DNA of 64,000 nt from Sedimentisphaerales bacterium (GTDB taxonomy: Bacteria > Planctomycetota > Phycisphaerae > Sedimentisphaerales > Anaerobacaceae), in NCBI GenBank assembly GCA_035527155.1, contig DATLBB010000074.1, forward strand, positions 1,029-65,028, given 5' to 3'. Of the stretch, positions 17,147-25,389 are shown in pieces. The translations under genes and the position numbers were made by a program. Position 1 is the stretch's first letter; every line of letters starts with the position of its first letter. The notes beneath the pieces were generated by a model that saw only the letters and a program-made list of their open reading frames with translations, was not told the DNA's origin and did not search any database.

Positions 17147-18133
17147 CTACAATTGAGATTCTGCTGCAATCAAGGTCCTGGGTTTGTCTTTCTGCTGCCA
17201 ATCAATTAATCCTTCCCTTGCCTTGGCCAGGTCGACCCAGGGTGAATCGGAATATTCTGCTATTAGTAGTCCGTACATTTTCTTTGCCGTTGGCGGGTCA
17301 TCACCCCTCAGACAGTTGCCCATCTGGAATAAAATCCAGGCCCTATCCTGGTCGGAGCCGGCCTTGTCCGAGCTTTTTCGTTTAAGAGCTTCCTGATAAA
17401 ACACCGCTGCTTCTTTTAGACGTCCGCTGTAGTACAAAACCTCGCCCAACGCAAAAGGATTGTCCGACCGGTCAGGATGTTGTGCCAGATTGCCGACCAA
17501 CTGCAATGTCCGGCCGGTTAGAAGCCCATATGGCAGTTTGGGCTCAATAGCCTTTTTCACAGTTTCTTCTTTGGCCTCTGCGTTGGATGAAGTTTCATTT
17601 GGTTCCACTGTTTTTACCACCGGCTCGACAATAATAACAGGTTCGACAGTCTTCTTCGGCCGCGCAAACTCGATAGAGCGAATTTGTTCGATTATTCGCC
17701 TGAGTTTACTTTTGCTTTTAGCTTCCTTTTCGCCTTCATAAGCACTAATCCCGGCACGCCATAATTGACGTCCGAGGCTATTACCTTGTTTTTCCGGAAC
17801 AGTAAAACCTCTCCGTGGCATTTTCTGATTAGCCTCCGTCGCAGAACTTACAGCATCGACGTTGCTGATTTGCGACTGTTGCTGTGTGGTTGAGTGAGAC
17901 TTAACAGGCTGCATCAGATGAACAGGTGGAATATTCACATCAAATAGAGTCTGCGTTAAATAAGGCACTAAAGAATTAGTTGGGTCAAGCTGCTCTGATG
18001 ATATTTGAGCATCGACAAGAGATGTTAAGAAACAAATAGACAAAAGGGTGTAAAGCGATGCTCGGCGCCCGATGTCCGATGCTCGATGCCCGATGCCTGA
18101 GTTTGGCTCTACGTTTTTGGTTTCCGTCTTCAT
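17147..18133 (-). CDS. Hypothetical secreted protein with C-terminal TPR-like repeats
   Basis: Hydrophobic signal-like segment LYTLLSICFLTSLVDAQ. C-terminal FALGEVLYYSGRLKEAAVFYQEALKRK...AWILFQMGNCLRG...AKKMYGLLIAEYSDSPW. Confidence 0.6.
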   Translation of the reverse strand: MKTETKNVEPNSGIGHRASDIGRRASLYTLLSICFLTSLVDAQISSEQLDPTNSLVPYLTQTLFDVNIPPVHLMQPVKSHSTTQQQSQISNVDAVSSATEANQKMPRRGFTVPEKQGNSLGRQLWRAGISAYEGEKEAKSKSKLRRIIEQIRSIEFARPKKTVEPVIIVEPVVKTVEPNETSSNAEAKEETVKKAIEPKLPYGLLTGRTLQLVGNLAQHPDRSDNPFALGEVLYYSGRLKEAAVFYQEALKRKSSDKAGSDQDRAWILFQMGNCLRGDDPPTAKKMYGLLIAEYSDSPWVDLAKAREGLIDWQQKDKPRTLIAAESQL

Positions 18134-18137
18134 TGTG

Positions 18138-20765
18138 TTAACTGTCCTGTTCTATAGTGTTCTGTTTGGCTTCCGGGAGCAATTGGTCTGTGGCGGGTGA
18201 GTTATCAGGTGTTTCTTTTTCGTGTTGGCCCTGGTTCTTATTCCACTGGCCCAAAAGGGCCAATGCCGACCTGTCATAATTTTTCTGCTGATTATATGCT
18301 TCCGCCAGGATGTTCAATGCCTTTTGCTTTATCTGTTCCGATGGTCCCAAATCCAGTAGCTGTGAGCAAATCGAGACGGTTTGAGAACTTTGGCCAAGTT
18401 TCAAACAAACATCAGCCAATTCGAGAGCGATTTCGCGCGCCAAAGGCCCCGGTTCAACAATGACAAGGATTTGTGCCAGGTCTCCACGGGCAAGTCCCAG
18501 ATTTCCTTCAGCGATGGAGCATTTAGCTAATTCGAAAGAAATTCCGGCTTTTACCTGTGGGTCGCGAACATATTGCGCTTTGTCACCAATCACGACCATA
18601 GCTTCTTCAACCAGGCCCATAGTCCGGAGGACTTTGCTCTTGAGCAGCAATATCTCGATAGAATCCTTCGACGAGAACCGGCGAGAAGGTATGTTTTCTA
18701 ATAGTGCAAGCGCCTCGATAAACTGCTCCTGCTGTATTTGAGCTTCGACTAAAGCCGAGACGGCCTCTACGTATTCTTCTCCTGTCAATTGCCCTGCCGG
18801 TCCGCTGAGGGCGTATTGAAAAGCCTCGCAGGCTTGTTGGGTCTTTGTTAGAGCCAGGTAGCTTTTACCTAACAGAAAGTATGCCCGATACAGGTTTCTG
18901 CTTGCGCTTTCTCCAGCGAGTTTGATGTGTCGAGTCAGCCATTGGGCCGCGGATTCATAGTCTTTTTCCTCGTAGAAGCATCCGGCCGCCCCGAAGGCAG
19001 AGTCAGCCTGTGATTCGATAGACAGACCAAGGTGGTACACTTTGGAGTAGAGTCGTTGGGCTTCATTCAAAAGTCCGGCTTTCATCGTGGCATCCGCAAG
19101 ATAGAGACAGGCCTGGACGGAAAGCTCGCTGTCCGGATACTGCTCGACAAGCTGCTTCAAATCCTCCCTGGCACCAGAATAGTCACGAAGATTAGTTTTG
19201 AGCTTGCTCGAACGTAACAAAGCAAACGGCGCCAGGGATGACAGCTCGTAGCGATTGGCCACCAATCTATATTCCGCAATGGCATCGGTGACATGGTCTA
19301 TCCGGGCCTGCAGAAGCCCCAGAGCAAAATGAGCATTGGGGACACGTTTGTTACTGTGGAACATGGACAAATATCTTTTCCAGAGCGAAATAGTCTCCTC
19401 GGTAAGCAAAGAAATGTGTTCTGATAATGAGGAATAATCGGCTGGATTGAAAATATTTACGTTCCCTATCTGCTCCATACGGGCCAACAATCCAACGTGC
19501 CCCACCGCGGCTGTGATAAATTGCTGCGTCGTTGCTGTTGGCAGATACACACTGACCGGTCTTTTGCGGATGGCATCTTTTGTTGTTTCTGTGTCCGGCG
19601 CCTTGCAGAAATCCCAGGTAATATTAAGGCCGGCATTGGCGGCAAATCTCGCCAGCAACTCGTCAATCGCCGCCCCGTGGCAAACAACAGACCAGCGAGA
19701 TAAGGCGCCTTTGTGCTCGATGTTTTCAATTTGCGGGCCCAGCAGACCTTTGGTTAACTGTTCTGAGCCGGAATTCAAAAGCAAACGCAGCTCTGCCTCG
19801 TTTAGGTTTATGAAAGGGTCGGTCTCCGCAACAGTGCTCCACAACCGGCCTGGAAGGTCTTTGTCGGCATCGCAGAGTGAAAGGATATGTCTGGTCATCG
19901 ACTCAGCAACGAGGAATTGACAATCCGGCAGCAGCGACGAAGCCCAGGGTTCGTCGAAATCCACCGCATCCAATAAGACAATTGTCTGATAAGCTCTGGT
20001 TCGTACTTTTAAGTATTGTTCTCTCTTCAGTTCAATAAAGGCCAGGTGATAATTTGCCAGCACCCTGACAACAGGTGACGGACTTCGTAAAAGAGTCCTG
20101 AATAAATTATTTGCCTGGTCGGACACACCCGCCTTTTTGATACACAGAGCCATCTTTAGCTGAAGAAAATCTCTGAGCAATGCCCCTTCGGCAGTGTCCG
20201 GAAGGCTTTGGTGAAGCTGCTCATAGGCGGTATAAGCCTGCTCGTAATCTTTCTGCAGATAGAAATCTCGCGCAACTTTGAGAGACAGAGCTTTTGTCGA
20301 CGGAAACAAAGATTTTGGTTTTTGTATTTGCTCCGGGCCTATTTGTGTGGAATCCGTGTCCGGCGGTTTAGTGGAAGGTGCCTGTTTAGCGATACGTAGG
20401 CGGTACCAGTCGGTGAGAAACGCTAAACGAGGTTTCAACAACGTGTATAACAATGTTAGGGCAACGACGGCAATACCTGCAGCAAGGAGCTTCTGTAGTT
20501 TCGAAAAACGTTTTCGCCGAATCGGCACCTGCGGTGGTTCACCTGGCTCGCTTAGGTCAATCTCGGCGGGCGGAGGTTGGGTTTGTGTCGCATCGGTTTG
20601 GGGCCAGCCCTGGCCGGCCAGACGTCTATAGAACTCTTCGTCCCCAGTAAATACTTCACGCTCCAAGAGTCCCTCGTGGACCTCATCTGCAAATAATTCA
20701 CTATCCGATGGTCCCGAGTTCTCGGCATTCTCTTCGAGAATATCTTGTCGGTTCTCTGTGGCCAT
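18138..20765 (-). CDS. Large single-pass membrane TPR protein
   Basis: TM segment LLAAGIAVVALTLLYTLL, then many TPR-like helical pairs and a central non-TPR segment. ATG 20765 (MATENRQD) is preferred over the TTG at 20786. Confidence 0.7.
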   Translation of the reverse strand: MATENRQDILEENAENSGPSDSELFADEVHEGLLEREVFTGDEEFYRRLAGQGWPQTDATQTQPPPAEIDLSEPGEPPQVPIRRKRFSKLQKLLAAGIAVVALTLLYTLLKPRLAFLTDWYRLRIAKQAPSTKPPDTDSTQIGPEQIQKPKSLFPSTKALSLKVARDFYLQKDYEQAYTAYEQLHQSLPDTAEGALLRDFLQLKMALCIKKAGVSDQANNLFRTLLRSPSPVVRVLANYHLAFIELKREQYLKVRTRAYQTIVLLDAVDFDEPWASSLLPDCQFLVAESMTRHILSLCDADKDLPGRLWSTVAETDPFINLNEAELRLLLNSGSEQLTKGLLGPQIENIEHKGALSRWSVVCHGAAIDELLARFAANAGLNITWDFCKAPDTETTKDAIRKRPVSVYLPTATTQQFITAAVGHVGLLARMEQIGNVNIFNPADYSSLSEHISLLTEETISLWKRYLSMFHSNKRVPNAHFALGLLQARIDHVTDAIAEYRLVANRYELSSLAPFALLRSSKLKTNLRDYSGAREDLKQLVEQYPDSELSVQACLYLADATMKAGLLNEAQRLYSKVYHLGLSIESQADSAFGAAGCFYEEKDYESAAQWLTRHIKLAGESASRNLYRAYFLLGKSYLALTKTQQACEAFQYALSGPAGQLTGEEYVEAVSALVEAQIQQEQFIEALALLENIPSRRFSSKDSIEILLLKSKVLRTMGLVEEAMVVIGDKAQYVRDPQVKAGISFELAKCSIAEGNLGLARGDLAQILVIVEPGPLAREIALELADVCLKLGQSSQTVSICSQLLDLGPSEQIKQKALNILAEAYNQQKNYDRSALALLGQWNKNQGQHEKETPDNSPATDQLLPEAKQNTIEQDS

Positions 20766-20857
20766 AATTTCTAACTCTGCTCTCAATGTGAGCCCGTTAA
20801 ATCCGGGCTCATTGAGTAAAGAGCCTGAGAGCGCATTTCATAACCTCTTCTATGAAT

Positions 20858-20873
20858 AGCAATAATTGTGCCA
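20858..20873 (-). promoter_or_regulatory. Sigma-54 promoter (TGGCAC-AATTA-TTGCT)
   Basis: Perfect -24/-12 elements on the minus strand, 93 nt upstream of the TPR gene start. Differs by 1 nt from the flgB promoter 16-mer. Confidence 0.7.
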
Positions 20874-21174
20874 GGTTAACTACCAATGCCGGTCCAGGTG
20901 CGTTTAGGACCCTTTTGACCGGGAAATCGACTTATCGTCCCACATCAGTCCGTCGGTATTGCAAAAGGATGTCAGGATTTTAGACGAGCCGATAGATTTT
21001 CTGACAGAAACCGGCTCGTGCTTCCAAAGAGGCGCCATCCCCAAGGACATTCGGCTGAGTTCAGTCGAAGCCCTGCGATTGAGGCTGCCACGCGCCTATG
21101 GCGGACCGGGGAATTTGTGTGGGATTAAAAATTAGGAGGCACCATTCTGTCAGGGCAGCCCAAATCCTTGATTA

Positions 21175-22650
21175 TCAAGAAGTTACGTGCTGAGGAAAGG
21201 ATGGTGATGAGAGTGAATCTCGCGTTTCTCCTGCCTGTACCTGCGGCTGCGCAGGCACAGGGTGGTCGCCTGCAAGCAACGAACCTTTTTCGATATTGTA
21301 CTGCTTGACCTTGGCATAAAGAGTTGCCCTGGTTATGCCGAGAAGGGCGGCGGCCCTTGTCTTTTGCCAGCCTGTTTCCTGCAAAGCCCTGGCAATAAGC
21401 TCCCGTTCGGCCTTTTCCAGTGAAAAATCCTTGATGTAACCAGTTGCTGAGTAAGTTGACTCACCGCACTCGGCCGGGTCAATTATAATGCTGCTCAGGC
21501 CGATTTTGTCCGTTGTCTCCAGCAGTATCGCCCTGTCAATAACATTACAGAGTTCACGGACATTGCCGGGCCAATCGTGTTTCATCAAAGCTTCGACAGC
21601 TAAATTAGTCAGAGAGGTTATCTTATTGCTTTTTTCCGGACAAATAGTGGATGTCTTGAGGAAATATTCAGCCAGCAGTGGAATATCTTTTTTTCGGTCA
21701 GGCGATTTCAGAAGCACAATAATAACAGGGCAGATGTTGAGACGATAATACAGGTCCCTTCGGAAGCGATGAGCTTTAGTTTCCCTATATAGATTGCGAT
21801 TGCTCGATGCTATTATCGTAGCGTTGCAGGTGATATTTTTGACGCCGCCGACCTTTCTGAAAGTTTTTTCCTGAAGGACTCTTAGCAACTTACTCTGCAG
21901 GTCTATCGGCATTTCACTTATTTCGTCAAGGAACATTGTGCCGGCCCCAGCGAGTTCTAAAAGCCCTATTTTCTCACGGTCGGCGCCGGTGAAAGAGCCC
22001 TTCTCATGGCCAAAAAGCTCACTTTCGAGCAGATTTGCCGTCAGGGTCGCACAATTGACAGGTACAAAAGGCTCTTTCGGATGCCTAAGCGTGTGGATTG
22101 CCTTTGCAGCCAGCTCTTTGCCGGTGCCGGTTTCGCCGACTATCAAAACCGGATTGCACTGGCTGGCAGCGACGAGTCTAATCATCCCAAGGGTTTTGAT
22201 GAACGCCCTGCTCCGGCCGACCATAGAAACAGAGGCAGCAAAGTCGTCAGCAAAAAAATCGCTCGCATTTTTTTCAAAATCAACAACCTTTGTTTCATTT
22301 TTAACCCGGCTTACAATTTCCTCCAGCCGGATGTAATCCCGACTTCCCCGCAGATAGTCATATGCACCAGTCCGCTTAAACTCTACAGAGAGGTCGCTGT
22401 CTTGCTCGTCATTACCAACTGCTACGATGGGTGGGATCTCTATCGAATTTTTAGAGGCCACATCTTGGAATTCGTGGATATGAGCCGGGGTAAACCTGTG
22501 GTCAAAAAGAATTAAATTCGGATTGACTGTTTCAACGATATCCAGGGCCTCAACCGGGTCATCAGCCACAAATATTTCCTGGCCCACCCGCTGCGCTAAT
22601 TGCGTGACCTGCGCTTCCCTGCTTACAACAACAATCCTGCGTAGACTCAT
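21175..22650 (-). CDS. Sigma-54-dependent activator with a degenerate receiver (FleQ/FlrA-like)
   Basis: Walker A GETGTGKE. GSFTGA variant in GHEKGSFTGA. C-terminal HTH GWQKTRAAALLGITRATLYAKV. The N-terminal REC-like domain reads IVVVSRE where the acidic pair normally sits and YLRG where the conserved Lys motif sits. Confidence 0.9.
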   Translation of the reverse strand: MSLRRIVVVSREAQVTQLAQRVGQEIFVADDPVEALDIVETVNPNLILFDHRFTPAHIHEFQDVASKNSIEIPPIVAVGNDEQDSDLSVEFKRTGAYDYLRGSRDYIRLEEIVSRVKNETKVVDFEKNASDFFADDFAASVSMVGRSRAFIKTLGMIRLVAASQCNPVLIVGETGTGKELAAKAIHTLRHPKEPFVPVNCATLTANLLESELFGHEKGSFTGADREKIGLLELAGAGTMFLDEISEMPIDLQSKLLRVLQEKTFRKVGGVKNITCNATIIASSNRNLYRETKAHRFRRDLYYRLNICPVIIVLLKSPDRKKDIPLLAEYFLKTSTICPEKSNKITSLTNLAVEALMKHDWPGNVRELCNVIDRAILLETTDKIGLSSIIIDPAECGESTYSATGYIKDFSLEKAERELIARALQETGWQKTRAAALLGITRATLYAKVKQYNIEKGSLLAGDHPVPAQPQVQAGETRDSLSSPSFPQHVTS

Positions 22651-23141
22651 CTTGTTACAAAACCATAAGCTTTATCCCCCCTCATACAGACATTTCTGTT
22701 TCACAGATACCGTATACCCCATACCTATAGGCCAACAGACAACTAAATCGACAGTTAAGCAGAAACAACTTTAATTTTTTATGGGACGGGCCAATAATGT
22801 CGCCGATTTGTCAAGGTCAAAAAGGCATCGATGTTATGCGACAATCTTATCGGACACTTTATGAAAACAAAAAGGCGAAAACAAAAAGCCAAATTTACAG
22901 CGAGACGGTGTTGTTTCTTATAGGACGTCTTAGTGTCACCTGTTAGTATATGGCACACAATAAATACTTTCGGCACATCCTTCAGGTTAGAACCGGCAAA
23001 ATTTTCCGGGGCGCAGGAAAATTTATCCTCTTAGAGAATTCTCAATAAACCTGAGTTCGACATGTGCCCAATTTTCTCAGTCCGCCTAATCCTTTATGCA
23101 GCAGGGAGATATGTGCCACAGAGCCAGATCTGATTTTAATG

Positions 23142-23157
23142 TGGCATACCAATTGCT
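23142..23157 (+). promoter_or_regulatory. Sigma-54 promoter (TGGCAT-ACCAA-TTGCT)
   Basis: GG and GC dinucleotides at the correct spacing, 91 nt upstream of the flgD ATG. Confidence 0.6.
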
Positions 23158-23247
23158 TCTTAAAAGTCAGGTACGTGTGTCTGTACAGCCTTGAGCAGTG
23201 TCTTTGAAAAAAAAAATTGTTTAACTATTTATTGAAGGTGGAAAATT

Positions 23248-23667
23248 ATGCCAGTATCAGCAATAGCATCAGCAACTGACATCCAGATGGATTATATGAA
23301 ACTTCTGATAACCCAACTTCAAAACCAGGACCCGCTGGAACCTTTGAACAACAACGAAATGTCTTCCCAGCTGGCGCAATTCTCACAACTGCAGCAGCTC
23401 GAATCAATGAACTCCAACTTTGCAGAAGTTCTTGAGATTACCAACCGCAGCTATGCAAATTCGCTCCGCAGCTATGCCAATTCACTAATAGGTCAGAAAG
23501 TCACATTTTTCACACAAGATACAGTGACGGGCAATTTGGTTCAGAAGGAAGGCATAGTTAATGAAGTTTACAATGACCCCAATTCGGGAGAGAATCTTTT
23601 GAGGGCAACGGTTGAAGATAAGGAATATACGCTTGGATTAGACGCCGTAATATCGGTCAAAAACTAA
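23248..23667 (+). CDS. flgD: Hook capping/assembly protein FlgD
   Basis: MDYMKLLITQLQNQDPLEPLNNNEMSSQLAQFSQLQQLESMN signature. Contains a small tandem duplication, NRSYANSLRSYANSL. Confidence 0.9.
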   Translation: MPVSAIASATDIQMDYMKLLITQLQNQDPLEPLNNNEMSSQLAQFSQLQQLESMNSNFAEVLEITNRSYANSLRSYANSLIGQKVTFFTQDTVTGNLVQKEGIVNEVYNDPNSGENLLRATVEDKEYTLGLDAVISVKN

Positions 23668-23710
23668 AATCAATTGAGATTCCAAGAACAAGGTATAAGG
23701 AGACAGGAAG

Positions 23711-25339
23711 TTGAGTTTTGAATTACCAGGGCGAATTACGGGATTGCAGGCCCATCAAAAGATAGCGGATATTGACGACAACAAGCCGGCCAATGTCAAT
23801 TCGACCGCTTCTGGGTCCGGCAGAATTACTTTCTCGGAGCTGCTGAGCAAGACGATTGAAAAGGCGTCACAGCCGACAGCCAACAAGTCGCAAGGCAATA
23901 TCATAAATACAGGCAATCCTCTCGACCTGGCGATAGAAGGAGAAGGCTATCTCGTGTTGAGTGACGGGCAACAAAACATTTACACCCGCTCAGGTGCGTT
24001 CACAGTCGATGCGAACTCGAATTTGATTGACCCTGTCACGGGCTATACAATCCAGCGTATCGGTTCGGAAGGCGAAAGTGATGGTTTTCAGACTCCCGGT
24101 GATAGTAATGTTCGTATCCCCTACAATGTTTCGATGCCGGCAAATAAGAGCACAGAGATAAAAGTATCCGGCAATCTAAGTGGCGATGCGACGCTTGCCG
24201 GCGGACCACAAACACAACAGATAACCTCGAATATGGCTTATACTACCAATGGCGGCACAGTCGCCACGACGGCAACAGAAATTGGCCGGCTTGACCAATT
24301 TAGCGGTGGTTCAGGCACAGGTGGCGAGCTCGCGGCCGGCGAGCCAGGAACACTTACTATTTCCGGTTATAATCCGGACGGTACTGCATTTAGCAGCGGC
24401 CAGACGTTTACCATCAATCCAACCACCACGCTCGGAGAGGTTGTCCGCCATCTAAATACCAATATTCTCAGCGGTGCAACCGCTTCCTTGGTCAACGGCA
24501 AAATCCAAATAACAGACGATACCGGCGGCTACAGCAGGACGGACATAAGACTGTCGTACTCCGGTAACGGTTCGCTGGCAACGCCGGGCTATTTTGAAAT
24601 ATCGACCGTCGGTGGCACAGAAGTCAAAAACGTCGGTATCACGATTTACGACTCCCAAGGCGGTAAACATGTTCTCACCGGCGCATTTGTTCGAGCGAAC
24701 ACGCCCAATACATGGGACATGGTGCTTAGCTCGGTCAGCGGCGATGTCCGTGAGATAACTACGGAAAATCGGCGCATCACAAACATAAGTTTTAATGCAA
24801 GCGACGGTTCCTGCAGTGGTTTAAGTGGCTCGGATTTGCCCCAATTCGTAGTAACGTTTGCACATGATACGGCAAAGCCCCAAACCATCGGGATACAAAT
24901 GGGCACCGTGGGCAAGCTGGATGGCCTGACACAATTCAAAGGAAGCTCCACCGCAGCAGCAAGAGAACAGGATGGATATGAAGCAGGCAGACTTTCAACC
25001 GTTTCGGTTAATAAAGAAGGTATAATTAGCGGCGTCTTCACCAACGGCATCAAGAAGAACATCGCCACCTTGCAGGCAGCATTATTTGAAAATACATCCG
25101 GTCTGAAACATATTGGCAGTGGATATTTCATTCCTTCAGCCAGCTCCGGCAAGGCGGCTGCCGGCGCTATGACTGGCGTAGCCGGTACCATTCACGGCGG
25201 GGCATTGGAAAAATCCAACGCCGACGTGGCAACAGAGTTCGTTAATATGCTTGGCACCCAGAACGGTTTCCAGGCCAATGCGAGGACCATCAGAGCCGCC
25301 AATGAAATACTACGCGAACTGAGCAATCTTATTAGATAG
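23711..25339 (+). CDS. flgE: Flagellar hook protein FlgE
   Basis: TTG start with AAGGAGA upstream. DLAIEGEGYLVLSDGQQNIYTRSGAFTVDANSNLIDPVTGYTIQ, and C-terminal LEKSNADVATEFVNMLGTQNGFQANARTIRAANEILRELSNLIR. The N-terminal rod motif is diverged. Confidence 0.9.
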   Translation: MSFELPGRITGLQAHQKIADIDDNKPANVNSTASGSGRITFSELLSKTIEKASQPTANKSQGNIINTGNPLDLAIEGEGYLVLSDGQQNIYTRSGAFTVDANSNLIDPVTGYTIQRIGSEGESDGFQTPGDSNVRIPYNVSMPANKSTEIKVSGNLSGDATLAGGPQTQQITSNMAYTTNGGTVATTATEIGRLDQFSGGSGTGGELAAGEPGTLTISGYNPDGTAFSSGQTFTINPTTTLGEVVRHLNTNILSGATASLVNGKIQITDDTGGYSRTDIRLSYSGNGSLATPGYFEISTVGGTEVKNVGITIYDSQGGKHVLTGAFVRANTPNTWDMVLSSVSGDVREITTENRRITNISFNASDGSCSGLSGSDLPQFVVTFAHDTAKPQTIGIQMGTVGKLDGLTQFKGSSTAAAREQDGYEAGRLSTVSVNKEGIISGVFTNGIKKNIATLQAALFENTSGLKHIGSGYFIPSASSGKAAAGAMTGVAGTIHGGALEKSNADVATEFVNMLGTQNGFQANARTIRAANEILRELSNLIR

Positions 25340-25374
25340 TCCCGCTTCTTGCTTCGGCAAAAAGGCAGCGGGAC
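25339..25374 (+). terminator. Stem-loop immediately 3' of flgE (possible attenuator or mRNA stabiliser)
   Basis: GTCCCGCT...AGCGGGAC forms an 8-bp outer stem enclosing TTGC-TTCG-GCAA. A TTTT run follows 11 nt downstream. Confidence 0.3.
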
Positions 25375-25389
25375 GGACGCCATTTTAAG

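Noticed and set aside
22779-22976. 65-aa minus-strand ORF, and a TGGCAC hexamer at 22951-22956, in the 597-bp gap upstream of flgD
   Set aside because: The ORF has no ribosome-binding site and an implausible composition. The TGGCAC is not followed by TTGC at N5 (it reads ACAAT-AAAT), so it is not called as a sigma-54 promoter.
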